NCBI GenBank assembly: GCA_030295235.1
Contig: AP026141.1
Coordinates: 186,001-250,000 of the forward strand
DNA length: 64,000 bases
DNA from: Fistulifera solaris
Lineage: Eukaryota
Direction: 5' to 3'
Shown here: positions 38,216-49,774 of the stretch, one piece after another
Layout of the letters: each line of letters starts with the position of its first letter
Numbering within the stretch: the first letter of the stretch is position 1
Program-made: the position numbers and the translations under genes
Notes under the pieces: generated by a model
Told to the model about the DNA's origin: nothing
What the model saw: only the letters and a program-made list of their open reading frames with translations
Database searches by the model: none

Positions 38216-38869
38216 GGAGGGCTGTAACAGAGGTGAAACTACGTTCTAAAGTCGGATCAAAGGCGTAAAAGTTGCATGGTGATGAGAGCGTTCATAATGG
38301 CGTGTAAACGCCATCGTCCTTTGTCTTTTTTCTTTCAAAGGGCGAAAAATCTCTGACTCACAGTTTACTCTATAGCAAAAATAATGTAGTCTTGACAACG
38401 ACTAAAGTATTTTTCACTCCCGGAACTGATCGACGACCTAGTGCCAACACTCAATGGACCTCGCTAAGACGTTATTTCCAACACCTACACGGTTGATCAA
38501 CCACTTCTATTTGTCATTGTATTTCAATTGTTGTAGATCTACTCCCCTACAGGGAGCATGGAAACGAATTAGAAACAAGGCGGAAGCTACTACTCTTTAT
38601 TGTGTGAGTGGTAATGAAACTACGGACTACGGAGTAAGAGATAGTCTAAGTAGCTGAAAGAGCACACCTGGTAATAGAGAGAATCGCAATGATTCCATCG
38701 GCAGTAGATGACATGGCGGTGAATGTTAGAACTAAATTTTATTATTTATCTTTCTAAAATCGTATTGGGTTACGCACGGCACACATCAAAATTCATGACA
38801 AAAGTTGGCGATTCGCAAAAACGAGAAAACTGCGCCCAACTGCCGTATTCGAAAAGCTTGTGAAAAAAG

Positions 38870-39885
38870 TTACCAAAAGATGCCCTCGGAAATGAGAACG
38901 GACTCCACTGCCGCCAGACTGCAGTTATCAATGCATTGAAATGTATGTCCTTCAAATTGAGCCAAAGAATGTCCAAACACTCTCTTGGAGAGGGCCGAAG
39001 GGGTGATCAATTTGGGTGCACGGGGCATAGGCTTCAAAACAAAATCAAGCCGACTCGATGACCCGTTCGTGAACGACCTTGGAGAAGCCTGTCGTTTGTT
39101 CTCCGTATTGCCTCGAGCGGATGGGGCGACATGGGTGACTATCGGGGACTCACGCGGTGATACGCGAGCTACCACAGCTGGTGAAGAGGGAGAATTAAAA
39201 CCAATAGGCTGGTCACTCGTCATCCAAGTTTGCAAAGTTGCACGGATGCCGTCGTCCTCCGACGGCGAACTCGAAACAAGAGCCGACATTGGATTATCCT
39301 CCTTACAAAATGGATACACATAAAAATCGGGGTCGTCTTGTGCCCACGGCTTGGGCTCCTGCAACGTGGCTCGGACTCGTGTACGGAGCATAATCTTGGC
39401 CAAGTCGGGACGTCCCATCAAAAACAACTCGTGATAATAGCCGCCGCGGTCGATACCGTCCACCACTCGTTGAAATCCCCACAAATTGAGCTGTCTTTGG
39501 AAACGAAGAGAGCTTGGAGTGTTTGAAAAACCTGATTCATGAAGCAAGCATAATTTGTGAGTTCGATTTACATCCAAAACATGAATTTAGTAGCGTCGTA
39601 ACGAAGAAACGTTTTCTTACCTCGGCAACACGTTCGTCACAAATTGGGCCGGGGAATGCACCATAAAACACCTTCCGTGTACCTGCCACGAAACGATATC
39701 CTCCCATCCTTCTTTCTTGGTTTCTTCCAACATCGCATACAATCGGACCGGAAGGGAACCGCAACACCGCCACGCGGTCCTTTGCATTTGTCGGGCAAAG
39801 TGGCGTGTTCGGCTTTCACTTGATGCAAGTCGACGTTCGCATAATCACGGTAAATGCCGCTAACTTCGTGGACAGACGGGCTCAT
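38870..39885 (-). CDS. Heat-shock-factor (HSF-type) transcription factor; intron 39532-39620, apparent frameshifts near 39755 and 39510
   Basis: YRDYA, RGGVAVPFP..LYAML..IVSWQVHGRCFMVH..FV..VLPR|FFKHSK..SFQRQLNLWGF..G.DRGGYYHELFL.GRP.L (HSF DNA-binding domain). Confidence 0.9.
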
Positions 39886-40333
39886 GAGTTTTTTTAGAGT
39901 ATCCGATCGGAAAGAAGAAATGAAACGACAAGATATTTTGCGACAAAGATCGAGAATAAAGAATGAAAAAGAAAGGATCGAGGACTATGCTTGATGAATA
40001 AAGGAAGGATGTTTGCTTCCGTTGTCGCTGTTGGAAGTTGGAAATGTTGTCACTGGTTCCGACGTTCGCGTACGTTTCTCTACGTGCGACCGAACCCGAA
40101 AGGAGTCGCCACAGAAATAAATCCGAAAAATCCTTATCAATATCGCATGAAGTGTAGCACCAAAGGTAAGACTGTGGAAAAGAGAGTACCAATCCGTGAA
40201 CTGCAACACTCGAGAACCAACCAAGAACGCAAGAACGAGCAGGACTCAGTACTAACCTTAACCTTATACTATGCCATAGCCCAGAAATTCTCGGCATTCG
40301 TGATCCACGCATCCGTGATCTGTATGCATGCAA

Positions 40334-40815
40334 TCTATCTATTTATATCTATTTATAATAGCGCGCTGTGTCCGTGTGTGCGTCACGTAACGTAACGCTG
40401 GTCCCGGGTGTCCGAATCACGGGTTTGACGTTCCTTTTGTTCTTTGTGTTCTTTGCTTTGTTCTCATTCCACATTTCTTTTGTTCTTTATGTTCTTTTCT
40501 TTGTTCTCATTGGTTGTTCTAGAGTGACGTTTCCTTGGTTTTCGAATTTCGAATGCGACGTTTCTGAGTCTTCCGTTTTGCGTTGGTGCTCTTTTTACTT
40601 CCGTTTTGCGTTTGTGCTTTTTCCGCTTTCGTTTCGTTTTGCGTTTGTGCACTTTTTGATAGGCGCTGTGTCCGTGTGTGTGTCACGTAACGTAACGCTG
40701 GTCCCGGGTGTCCGAATCACGGGTGTGACGCTATCCCCGGGGATCGAGCCCCCGCTTGCGGGAAGGGCGAGAACGAAAAAAAGCCCTGCAGGGGCTAGAC
40801 GCCGAAGGCGGCTAG
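40334..40815 (+). mobile_element. Complete non-autonomous Helitron-like element B (482 bp)
   Basis: 5' A|TCTATCTATTTATATC; 3' AGCCCTGCAGGGGCT-AGA-CGCCGAAGGCG-GCTAG|T. No TSD, inserted between A and T. Internal ~65-bp direct repeat. Confidence 0.85.
40363..40730. repeat. Two copies of a ~65-bp direct repeat inside element B, separated by a T-rich spacer
   Basis: GCGCTGTGTCCGTGTGTGYGTCACGTAACGTAACGCTGGTCCCGGGTGTCCGAATCACGGGTKTGACG at about 40363 and about 40664. Confidence 0.95.
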
Positions 40816-40925
40816 TGAATGAGAATGAAAGAGGACGAGGTGTCGTTGTAAAGCAATAAATGATTGGCGTTTAGTGCTTCTACGGCCTTCTTTATTATAT
40901 AATAATAGGCTCGACTTGCAACACA

Positions 40926-42285
40926 ATGATATGCATCACATTTAAGAAGCAGCACACCAGGAACAACGCCATCCTGACCTTCCTGACGCTGTTCTTGGCT
41001 CGGGCGCACAGCGTACGACCCACCGTCGCCGTGATCGGCGGCGGAATCGCTGGACTGAGCTGTGCCGAGAAGCTTTCGCAACAATATTTTGATGTCACTG
41101 TATTTGATACGGGTCGACTTCGACCCGGTGGGCGTTAATGCGTCTCGTTGGCCCGGGGATCGACCGAAGGAAGGAGATCCATCGTTGCTTTCTCAATACC
41201 GATTCGACCATGCGGCACAGGCTATCTCCGTTCCGCCGTCCTTTGTAAAATTCCAAAACCAAGTGAAGGAGTGGGAATCGCGGGGTGTACTGCGACAATT
41301 TACAAACGGAAGCGTTTATCAAATAAACGGTGCTCAACCACCAACACCTTTGTCGTCTGACCATCCCTTGTATTTTGCTCCCAACGGCATGAATGCAATT
41401 GCCATGGATCTCGTGGCGAGCCGAAAGTACACTCTTCAGCATGATGTTTGGGTATCTCCGTCGAATGGTGTCAAATGGATCGAGAAGTCACAAAAGTGGA
41501 GGGTACAAGCGAAAGGTGAAGTGAGGGGGTACTTTGACTATTTAATTATTGCACACAACGGGAAATGCGCAGATCGACTCATGTCCAGCTCTCCCGCGAA
41601 GGAAATTCATTCGTTACTGCGAGTCAACTTTGCTCCGAGTGTTCCAGCCAACGGAGGAAATCGAATGACACTGGGCTCTATTTACAGTTTATCGTTTTGC
41701 TTAAAATCACCCTCGATTCTATCCAAAACGTTGCCGGACAGTTTTGTCGCTGGTTTTATTTCCGAAAACGCGGATTTAGGCTTTCTCACGTGTCAGAGTG
41801 GAAAGCTTGCTCAAAGTGACACGGCCCACGAAGTGTGGACCATTCTTTCGACTCCCAAATTTGCCAAGCGCCACAAAGCTCCCCAAGAATTCATGCCCGA
41901 GGAGACGGTCGAAGAAGTTTCCACGCTACTACTGGTGTCCCTGGGAGATCTTTTGAGCATTGCTCCGGAATCACTACTTGCGGAAGTAGTCGACCGTCGA
42001 CTGCAATTATGGGGTGCTGCCATTCCCATGAATGTTTGGCGGAGCAAAGACGAAGGCTTTTTGTACGATTGTAAGCACAAAGTCGGGGTTTGCGGGGACT
42101 GGCTTCTAGTACCTTCGATTGCCGGAGCTTGGACGAGTGGAAGACAGCTGGCCGACTATATGGTCGAGGCAAAGGGCGACCTAAAGAAAGACGTTGGTCT
42201 TCGAGGCCGGTTTGTTCGATCAACAAGCTCTCATCGGTTGGGCATCACTAGCGCCTCAAAAGCCCCCGAATGCATTAAAGCATGA
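40926..42285 (+). CDS. Renalase-like FAD-dependent oxidoreductase; apparent frameshift near 41136
   Basis: VAVIGGGIAGLSCA..VTVFDTGRLRPGGR, FDHAAQ, AHNGKCA, QLWGAAIP, GVCGDW..AWTSG. Confidence 0.85.
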
Positions 42286-42859
42286 GAAATTGACTCCTCA
42301 TCATCATACGTAGACCCTATCTTCGTTTGAATGTCCATTATTGTTGGAATGAACAGCAGATTACACGATGGTAGCGAAGTCGTTGTCGGGTGGAACAAAG
42401 CCATTCCAGATAGTGTGTTTACCTTAGTTGAGACTGAATAGTCAGCTTGTTGTTTATTCAACGGAAATTTTACCGGGTATCGTGTCCGCATCTCTCGGTG
42501 CCAACTGATGCAATCGTTGCGCCGTTAACTTTCGTGCAAAAAGCTCGTGTCGGCGATCCGATCGTGCTCATGACAAACAAGTAAAGTGTTCCATGTACAA
42601 TGATCACACTATATAATAAAGTACGAAGAATGACTTTTCTATGTGCTTGTTTTCGATTTAGAACAAAGATAAATTGCGGGAAACATGACTACTTCAAAGA
42701 CCTACTCTGTGAACGCGAGCATGTCTCGGACATCTAGCGATGCATGGGATCGGCGATCGCCGACGCAAATCTCTCACTTTTCCTCACTTCGGCCTCTCAC
42801 CATAAAATTATCGATTGATTACGGACCATTGAATTGCTGAAAACGTTCGAGAGCAGAAG

Positions 42860-43399
42860 ATGAAGATCGCTAGCATTGCCTTAACTCTTCTTAGCGTTGG
42901 AGTAGCTGCCAAGTCCACAGAGGACCACCTTTCCCCTCTCGATGTCTTGGGTGTGCAACTTCCTCCGCGCGCCCTCCTCTGGAATCGAGAGCTCACTCAC
43001 ACGATTCCCCCAATCATTGCTCCCAAGGACTGTAAATACGAGTTCGAGCATGACTGGGATAAGGGTATTCTTCGGGATAGTGTCTACTGTCCCGACTGGT
43101 GCGGTGCTGGACAAGATTTCACTCTCTCCGTCCAAAGTTCAGTGAGCGACAATTACGACACAGAGACCTTGATCGATTGCAAACTGATTGGTTGCACGAA
43201 TTGTGGTGATGAGCCAGGAGACTGCCCCTGTCCGATACTTAAGTCATTCAACGATGTCTGCAGCATGATGTGCTTTGAAGGAAGTGAGGCTGAGACTGAG
43301 CCATCTCCGGCCCTTCGTTCCAGGATGCCTAGCGACATGCCAAGTTACATGCCCTCCGATGCACCTTCAGATGCCCCAAGGTACGTTGATGTTACTTGA
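42860..43399 (+). CDS. Secreted Cys-rich-domain protein with an RxL motif and a short PSD tail (paralog A)
   Basis: Signal peptide MKIASIALTLLSVGVAA, NREL, a 10-Cys domain (C.YE..H.W..CPDWCGAG.DFTL..DC..GCTNCGD..DCPCP..C...C) and a PSDMPS tail. Confidence 0.85.
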   Translation: MKIASIALTLLSVGVAAKSTEDHLSPLDVLGVQLPPRALLWNRELTHTIPPIIAPKDCKYEFEHDWDKGILRDSVYCPDWCGAGQDFTLSVQSSVSDNYDTETLIDCKLIGCTNCGDEPGDCPCPILKSFNDVCSMMCFEGSEAETEPSPALRSRMPSDMPSYMPSDAPSDAPRYVDVT

Positions 43400-44991
43400 G
43401 CTTTAGAATCTCATTCAATTCTTTATTCTGACTGACACTCTACCAAAATCTTGCCTGTTTAAACAGCGACATGCCTTCTGAAGTATCAGATGGTGTAGTC
43501 GGCAGTCCAGAAGATTGGGTTGAATTCTTCCTTTATTTGTGGGGCACTGCGCAAAAATACTTGGGCAATGGCAATGGAAACTAAAGGACCTGACATGCTC
43601 AAACGCTCTTCGGGAAAAGGTTTCACTGAGCTCATTAGCTGTTAAGATCGTCGAACCAATTCTCTTCACTAAAATTGATAATAATTCATGTTAAATAACA
43701 GATTTCTTTTTGATGGACTATGAATTTAAAACAACATTTGTAAAGAGGAGTCATGCCCTGGGATGTGTCTGTGGTAGCGCTCAAGCGGAATATGACAAAT
43801 GTATCGTTTTACATTTAGCAGTGACATTGAATTACAAAACACAGCATAACCTTTTCAGCGTTTCATTACCAAATAAGGCGAATGTTTAGGATTTTCTTAG
43901 AGGTATTCAGTTTTCAGCCATACAGTTACGTGTGTTAATACTTCTGGGCGAATATGCAATTACATCCAGAAGATTTCGTTTCGTGTTGACAAGAGAATTG
44001 TTATTTTCTTTTTACTAAGTTGCTGATCCTATCAATTCATTAGGCAAAGGCAACAGTATTTTCCCAAGGTTGCTTTGCAACCTAGACCATAAAGAATAAT
44101 GGACCGTGATTATTGAATATCAAACATTACACGGCTCGAAAATCAAAGAAGAATAAGCTCGTTACGCGATGATGCTATTGATGCAAGCTTGGACCTTTCG
44201 ATCATCTATTATTGTACGCCACGTGAAAATCTCAGTGACGATGAACAACGAATGCTTCTAAGTTGGATTCGTGAGAAAGGGACGATAAAAGAAGATTGAA
44301 AAATGAAACACAAAAACGAAAATGTGAACATGTGAAATGTGAATGGTGAATGGTGAACGGTGTTGATTGGATGCAACGCAGACAACCGCAATCCGCAGTA
44401 CCTGGTATTGCACATTGCACATGGCATTCTGCATTCAAGTTTTGCATTGCACTCACTCTCACTGATTACTTGATAGATTACAAATTGGCACATGACCATG
44501 ACCTTGTTCTCTCGTTGTACCCTTTCACCCTTTCCCTTTATCATCGGAAAGACTTCCTAATTCAGTACTGAAATTTTCCGCCGAATATGACAAAACAATA
44601 CACACTCGACACTCACAGGCTCACAGGCTCACAGGCATTTGGTAGTTAGTATTATTTAAACCACTGGCTAATCGATAATCGATGTTAAATCCAGTCATTT
44701 ATGGTCATAAAATGACTTATTGAATGGAAGAGATTGTATTATCGGACGAAGCTTGGAGATTTAAAGAAGAGTGGAGATTACAGTACTGCAGCCGGAGACC
44801 GGAGACTCGGAGCTCGGAGCACGGAGCACGAAGCGTATCATCGTTCGCTGTTCCTTTTCGAGCACATGAGGAAAAAAGGAAAACACAAAGAATTGAAACG
44901 ACGATCATCAATCATTGCAACCAAACAACAAAAAGGCGAAAGAAAAAATTTCAATCATCAGAATATAAAGCTAAAGAACAACCTCGCGCAA

Positions 44992-46528
44992 ATGCCATGC
45001 TTAAATGTTGCTTTTCCATTATGCGTAATTGTACTGATTCTTGTCACAAATTGCGTCAGTGCCGACGTTTGTTTACTCGTTTATCAGATGGCAGGTAAGC
45101 AGAATGCAATGGCAGGGTTCGCCAGCAATTCTAGATCAAAACTCACCCGTTTTTTCACCCAGATAATAATCTTGAGTCTTTTCTTCGCCAAGATAACTTT
45201 GAGCTCATTTCCTCGGAAGGAATCAAAGATTCCTCATTAACGACATGGGTCTATTTTGATGGGCGGAATTACGGTACTGGCGAAGATATAAAAGAACCGT
45301 TACGAGAAGTCTACTTTTCCGATGGTTCTCCAGTCACCGAGAAAAATGAAGGTTCAGCGTACATGACTTGGAATCACGAAATGCAAAAAATGGTGATAGA
45401 GGGTTTTGTCCAAGGGGAACAAGACGGCGATCATCCTCAAACTCTCTTTGACTTTCTTTCCTACGGATTACGAGATTGTGTGGACAAAGGCTCCACCGAG
45501 TATATGGTTATCATGGCATCTCATGGTAATGGAATGTTTGGTTTCGGTGGCGACGAAAATCATTCACGACGCCGGCTTGCACTGTCCAATGGCGACATGA
45601 CTGTGGCTATGCGAGCTGCGCTTGAGAGCGTTGAAGGAGCACCGGAAAAGTTCGATGTTATCGGATTCGATGCATGCTCCATGCAATCGGTGGACGTCGC
45701 TGACGATTTGAGACATGCCACGAAATATTTGCTGGCTAGTGAAGCTGCGGAACCCGCCGAAGGTAAATTTGACTCGCAATGCTTTACAATTGGCTCTTGC
45801 GCTGGGGACTCACTGTAGCTTTTCGATTCGCAGGCTGGACTTACAACTATCTTGACCTGGTCAGCACGGCTAGCGCTCTCGGTATAGCCGAAAATTTATA
45901 CAACAATTTCCTTTCTCATTCTTCAGCGGGCGACGATACTGTTCCGAAATTATTATCCATTGCCGACATGAGCAAGTTCTCAAACTTTCTCAGTGCCTTC
46001 GATTCGTTGTCCGAGGAGCTCAATCGAGAAATGCTGAAAGATCAAAATGTACACAATATCATAAAGAGAGCTCATATCGAAAGCATCGCGTTTGTTGGAG
46101 GGACCGACCCAGTCGATACCGCCTTTCCTTCATCCATCGACGTCGGTAGCTTTTTGGATCAGTTCAAACTCTTTTGTGAACCACAAGGAGGAAGTGAACT
46201 AGACTTGAGACTCCAAGAAGCGGCAGCGTTGTATGCCAGTCAGTTCATCTCGCGAGGTGTTGGTCCGGGCGCACCAATTGCCGCCACGGGCATGTCGATT
46301 ATGTTTCCGAGGAAAGAAATGATGGAGAAAGACAACGATTTGTACCAGAATCTGCTGGACACCTCTTATCACACGTCCACGAAGGATTTGCCCAGGTGGC
46401 TAGAGTTTCTCGAAAATTACTACTCCAGTACGTTTTTGGGGGAGATGATTGACGGTTCGGTGTGCACGAAGAACCACGGAAACAGTGCGAAATCGTCTCT
46501 GAGAGGGACTCAAAGCTGGCACGGCTGA
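44992..46528 (+). CDS. Secreted clostripain-family cysteine peptidase (C11); introns 45095-45162 and 45763-45833
   Basis: Signal peptide, spliced LLVYQMA|DNNL, MASHGNG (catalytic His), GFDACSM (catalytic Cys), LLASEAAEP.EG|W, IDVGSF, GMSIMFP. Confidence 0.85.
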
Positions 46529-47101
46529 TTGTAGGCGAAGCTTAGTAGCTATGAATTGGAACAAACTCATCCGATGAGAATGATGTGGACGTGGTTGCCC
46601 GCCGTCCTCGTCGCTTTTCTCGGGCGCAACTTGCAACTTGCAACTTGGACGAAGTTTTGTGGCGCTACATGTCGACGTATACTGGTACAATGTCTGTATG
46701 AGAGTACTAAGTAGCATGGTCACATGTCTTCAAGGTCCCTAAACCCAACGCACAACCGAAAACGATGTGACAGTCACCAGCTCGGCATGCGTTCTAAGGT
46801 CCCACATAAATAAGCAATTTTTCTATACATTTTTGTGTACCATTTAGAAAAACTGGGCGATGAAAAATGAAATCATCGCTTTCTCTATGGACTGTTATGT
46901 TTTCACATACAAAAATGAAAACCGATTTACTTAGACAATTAACGCTTATTAACGCTTAACTTTACCCGCGAAAAATCAGCGATCTTCTCTTCTGCGTTGA
47001 ACAACACTGCTTCACATTTCATTCATTTTTGCGCCTTTCAGCAAAACAGGATAAGAGCAGGCAAAGCGAAGCACATCCAATTTAGCATTCTTCGCTTTAA
47101 A

Positions 47102-48705
47102 ATGAAATCGCTTGTTTTCTTCCCGATTGTAGCTTCCACGGTGTTGGCCTTCGAGCCCGCTGACCCTAAGGAATTGTTGCAGGCCCTTGGCTATTCCTTC
47201 CCCAGAGGCAATCAAGGGCACCAACGGCACTTGCGTGCTCTGAACGCCCCTGCTGTCGCCGTTCCCGATAATTGCGAGTACAAGCCAACCCACGAATGGG
47301 AAAGCTTCATTCTCAAAGATGAAATTGTATGTAAGAACTGGTGCGGTGAGGGTGCCGATTTCACTCTGACTGCAACAACGTATCTCGACGAGAACTTTGA
47401 TGTGCTGGAGTCATTTGCAGACTGCAGAATCCCATCCTGTGTCGAATGCGGAGATACAATTAACGACTGTCCTTGCCCACAAGTGTCGACTTTAGAGGAC
47501 ATGTGTGGAGCGATTTGTCCTGCAGGTGACCGAGACTTTACAGCACAAACTGGAGCAGTGCCCGAAATTTTCCCCGGCCCTCTCGAATCGGATGTACCCT
47601 CAGATCTTCCTTCAGATACCCCATCGGATGTGCCTTCTCTAGCCTTGTCCGACGTCCCGTCCGATACGCCGTCTTCGGCACCAACTATCATTATCAATGA
47701 AGGTGACTTTTCTGCACAAGCAGGTGCCGTGCCGGAGATTCTCCCGGCTCCACTAGAATCGGATGTTCCTTCGGACGTTCCTTCAGATACCCCGTCCGAT
47801 GTACCGTCTCTCGCTTTCTCCGATGTTCCGTCCGATACGCCGTCTTCGGTACCATCCGTTTCCGTGAATGAAGGTGACTTTTCTGCTCAAGCTGGAGCTG
47901 TGCCGGAAATTTTCCCTGCTCCTTTAGAATCAGACGTGCCTTCGGATCTTCCTTCCGATACCCCCCTCTGATGTACCGTCTCTCTCTTTGTCCGACGCCC
48001 CATCCGATACGCCGTCTTCGGCGCCATCTATCATTGCCAAGGAAAGTGGTTTTGCAGCTCAAGCAGGAGAAGTGCCGGAAATTCTTTCAGCTCCTCTGGA
48101 GTCGGACGTGCCCTCGGATGTCCCATCGGATACCCCTTCGGATGTACCCTCCCTCGCTTTCTCCGACACTCCTTCGGACACACCATCGTCGGCACCATCT
48201 ATTATTGTGAACGATAGCGACTTCTCAGCCCAAGCTGGAGCAGTTCCGGAGATTCTCCCCGCTCCTCTAGAATCGGACGTGCCCTCTGACACTCCGTCGG
48301 ACACTCCATCTGATGTTCCATCTCTTGCTTTCTCCGACGCTCCGTCCGATACGCCTTCTTCAGTGCCATCTATCGTTCGAGATGATCTGTCTGCGCGTGA
48401 TGTAGCCGTACCGGAAATTCTCCCCGCTCCGGTTGAATCGGACGTGCCCTCCGACCTCCCCCTCGGATACTCCGTCTGACGTACCCTCACAAGCTTTTTC
48501 GGACATTCCTTCGGATATCCCTTCCTCTGAACCCTCTACAGTCCCTACCTTAGTTTTGGTAGCTGAACAGCCATCGTTTTTGAGTGTCTTTGACGCCGCG
48601 TCTGTTTCGGATGTCCCAAGCCAGATACCCAGTGATGTTCCGTCTGATTTTCCGAGTGATATGATGTCGTCGATCCCGTCGGACGTGCCCACCACTCTCA
48701 ACTAA
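47102..48705 (+). CDS. Secreted Cys-rich-domain protein with RxL motifs and six ~57-aa acidic SDVPSD repeats (paralog B); apparent frameshifts near 47965 and 48462
   Basis: Signal peptide MKSLVFFPIVASTVLA, QRHLRAL, the same 10-Cys domain as 42860-43399, and repeats of DFSAQAGAVPEILPAPLESDVPSD.PSDTPSDVPSLA.SD.PSDTPSS. Both breaks are an extra C in a C-run. Confidence 0.85.
47530..48560 (+). repeat. Coding tandem repeat, ~171-bp unit, about 6 copies
   Basis: Unit starts near 47534, 47706, 47877, 48048, 48219 and about 48385. Differences between copies are mostly at third codon positions. Confidence 0.9.
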
Positions 48706-49086
48706 ATCTGTGGATGGCCTTGAGAAAGTTTAACTACTCCTTAATAAAGAAGATGAAGTGATGAAACAGACGTTTTGACAAGGACATGCGCGGGCGTGGA
48801 CTGCTTGCAACTGAGACGAACGCCTTTTTAATGTATAATCATGGAGTCAATAGAATTCTAAACGTGTCCAACTAATTCAACATTGTTAATCAAATGCGTT
48901 TGTCACTTGATGCAATACTCGGTAGACAATATCGAATCGAGTACGCCGCCTTGATGCGTTCCGTGTAATATCTAGTAAATGTCGGATGTTGTTTGGTGTT
49001 CTCACAGTGCTGCAACTCTTCCTATTCCGCCAGTTTTTGGATATCGTGCAAAAAGCGTGCACGGCCGTCACAAATCAATCATTCAT

Positions 49087-49722
49087 TCAAGAGTGTTTAT
49101 GTCGGCTTTTTCTTCTTGACGCGATACGCTTCAAGAAATACAATCCTTCTCTCGCATGATGTCCCGACGCACTGAAACCCACCTGCAGCATACGAACCAG
49201 TAGAGCCGGTCGCGAATAGTATACACCTAAAAATATTTCAGTATCTACAAAATTCCACAATGCGCCAAACGTATGAACGCCGTTGGTGGGTGCTCCGCTG
49301 TGAGGGTCGATCAGCCAGTCGCTCGGGTTGGGCGTACGGTGCGTCATGAATCGATCCACAACAGCCTGAGAAAAGGCCACAATTCCATCCAAATTGTACA
49401 CACGACCTTCGAGCCGGCGAACATACTTGCTCGCATGAATCCCCGAACGATACCCGATCGTACAGTAAAACGCCACCTTCGTCGAAGGAGGAAACGTTCC
49501 AGCCCGCCATTCTTGATCGAATTCAGCCAGCGTTTTTGCACCACGTATCATGGAAACACGACGTTCCGGAGCCGTTCGAACATCTACCAGAATCCAGTCG
49601 CTACTAGTTTCTTGTTGCTGTAACCATTCGTGGCTGCTCAGGGCGGGGACATTGAATTTGCTTTGACACAGTTTTGCCTGCTTCTGGCACTGCTCGCGAC
49701 GTTGATTGCTGTCCTCAATCAT
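49087..49722 (-). CDS. Rhodanese-like domain protein
   Basis: LVDVRTAPERRVSMIRGA, YCTIGYRS active-site loop, VYNLDGI. Confidence 0.85.
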   Translation of the reverse strand: MIEDSNQRREQCQKQAKLCQSKFNVPALSSHEWLQQQETSSDWILVDVRTAPERRVSMIRGAKTLAEFDQEWRAGTFPPSTKVAFYCTIGYRSGIHASKYVRRLEGRVYNLDGIVAFSQAVVDRFMTHRTPNPSDWLIDPHSGAPTNGVHTFGALWNFVDTEIFLGVYYSRPALLVRMLQVGFSASGHHAREGLYFLKRIASRRKSRHKHS

Positions 49723-49774
49723 TTTGAATTCTTTGTTATTATGTTGCCTGAGGGCGATATTGGGTGTTTACAAA

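Noticed and set aside
43670..44210. AT-rich stretch as a candidate centromere (also 13700-13990)
   Set aside because: Short and only patchily AT-rich by eye; indistinguishable from normal intergenic DNA without a GC scan or CENH3 data.
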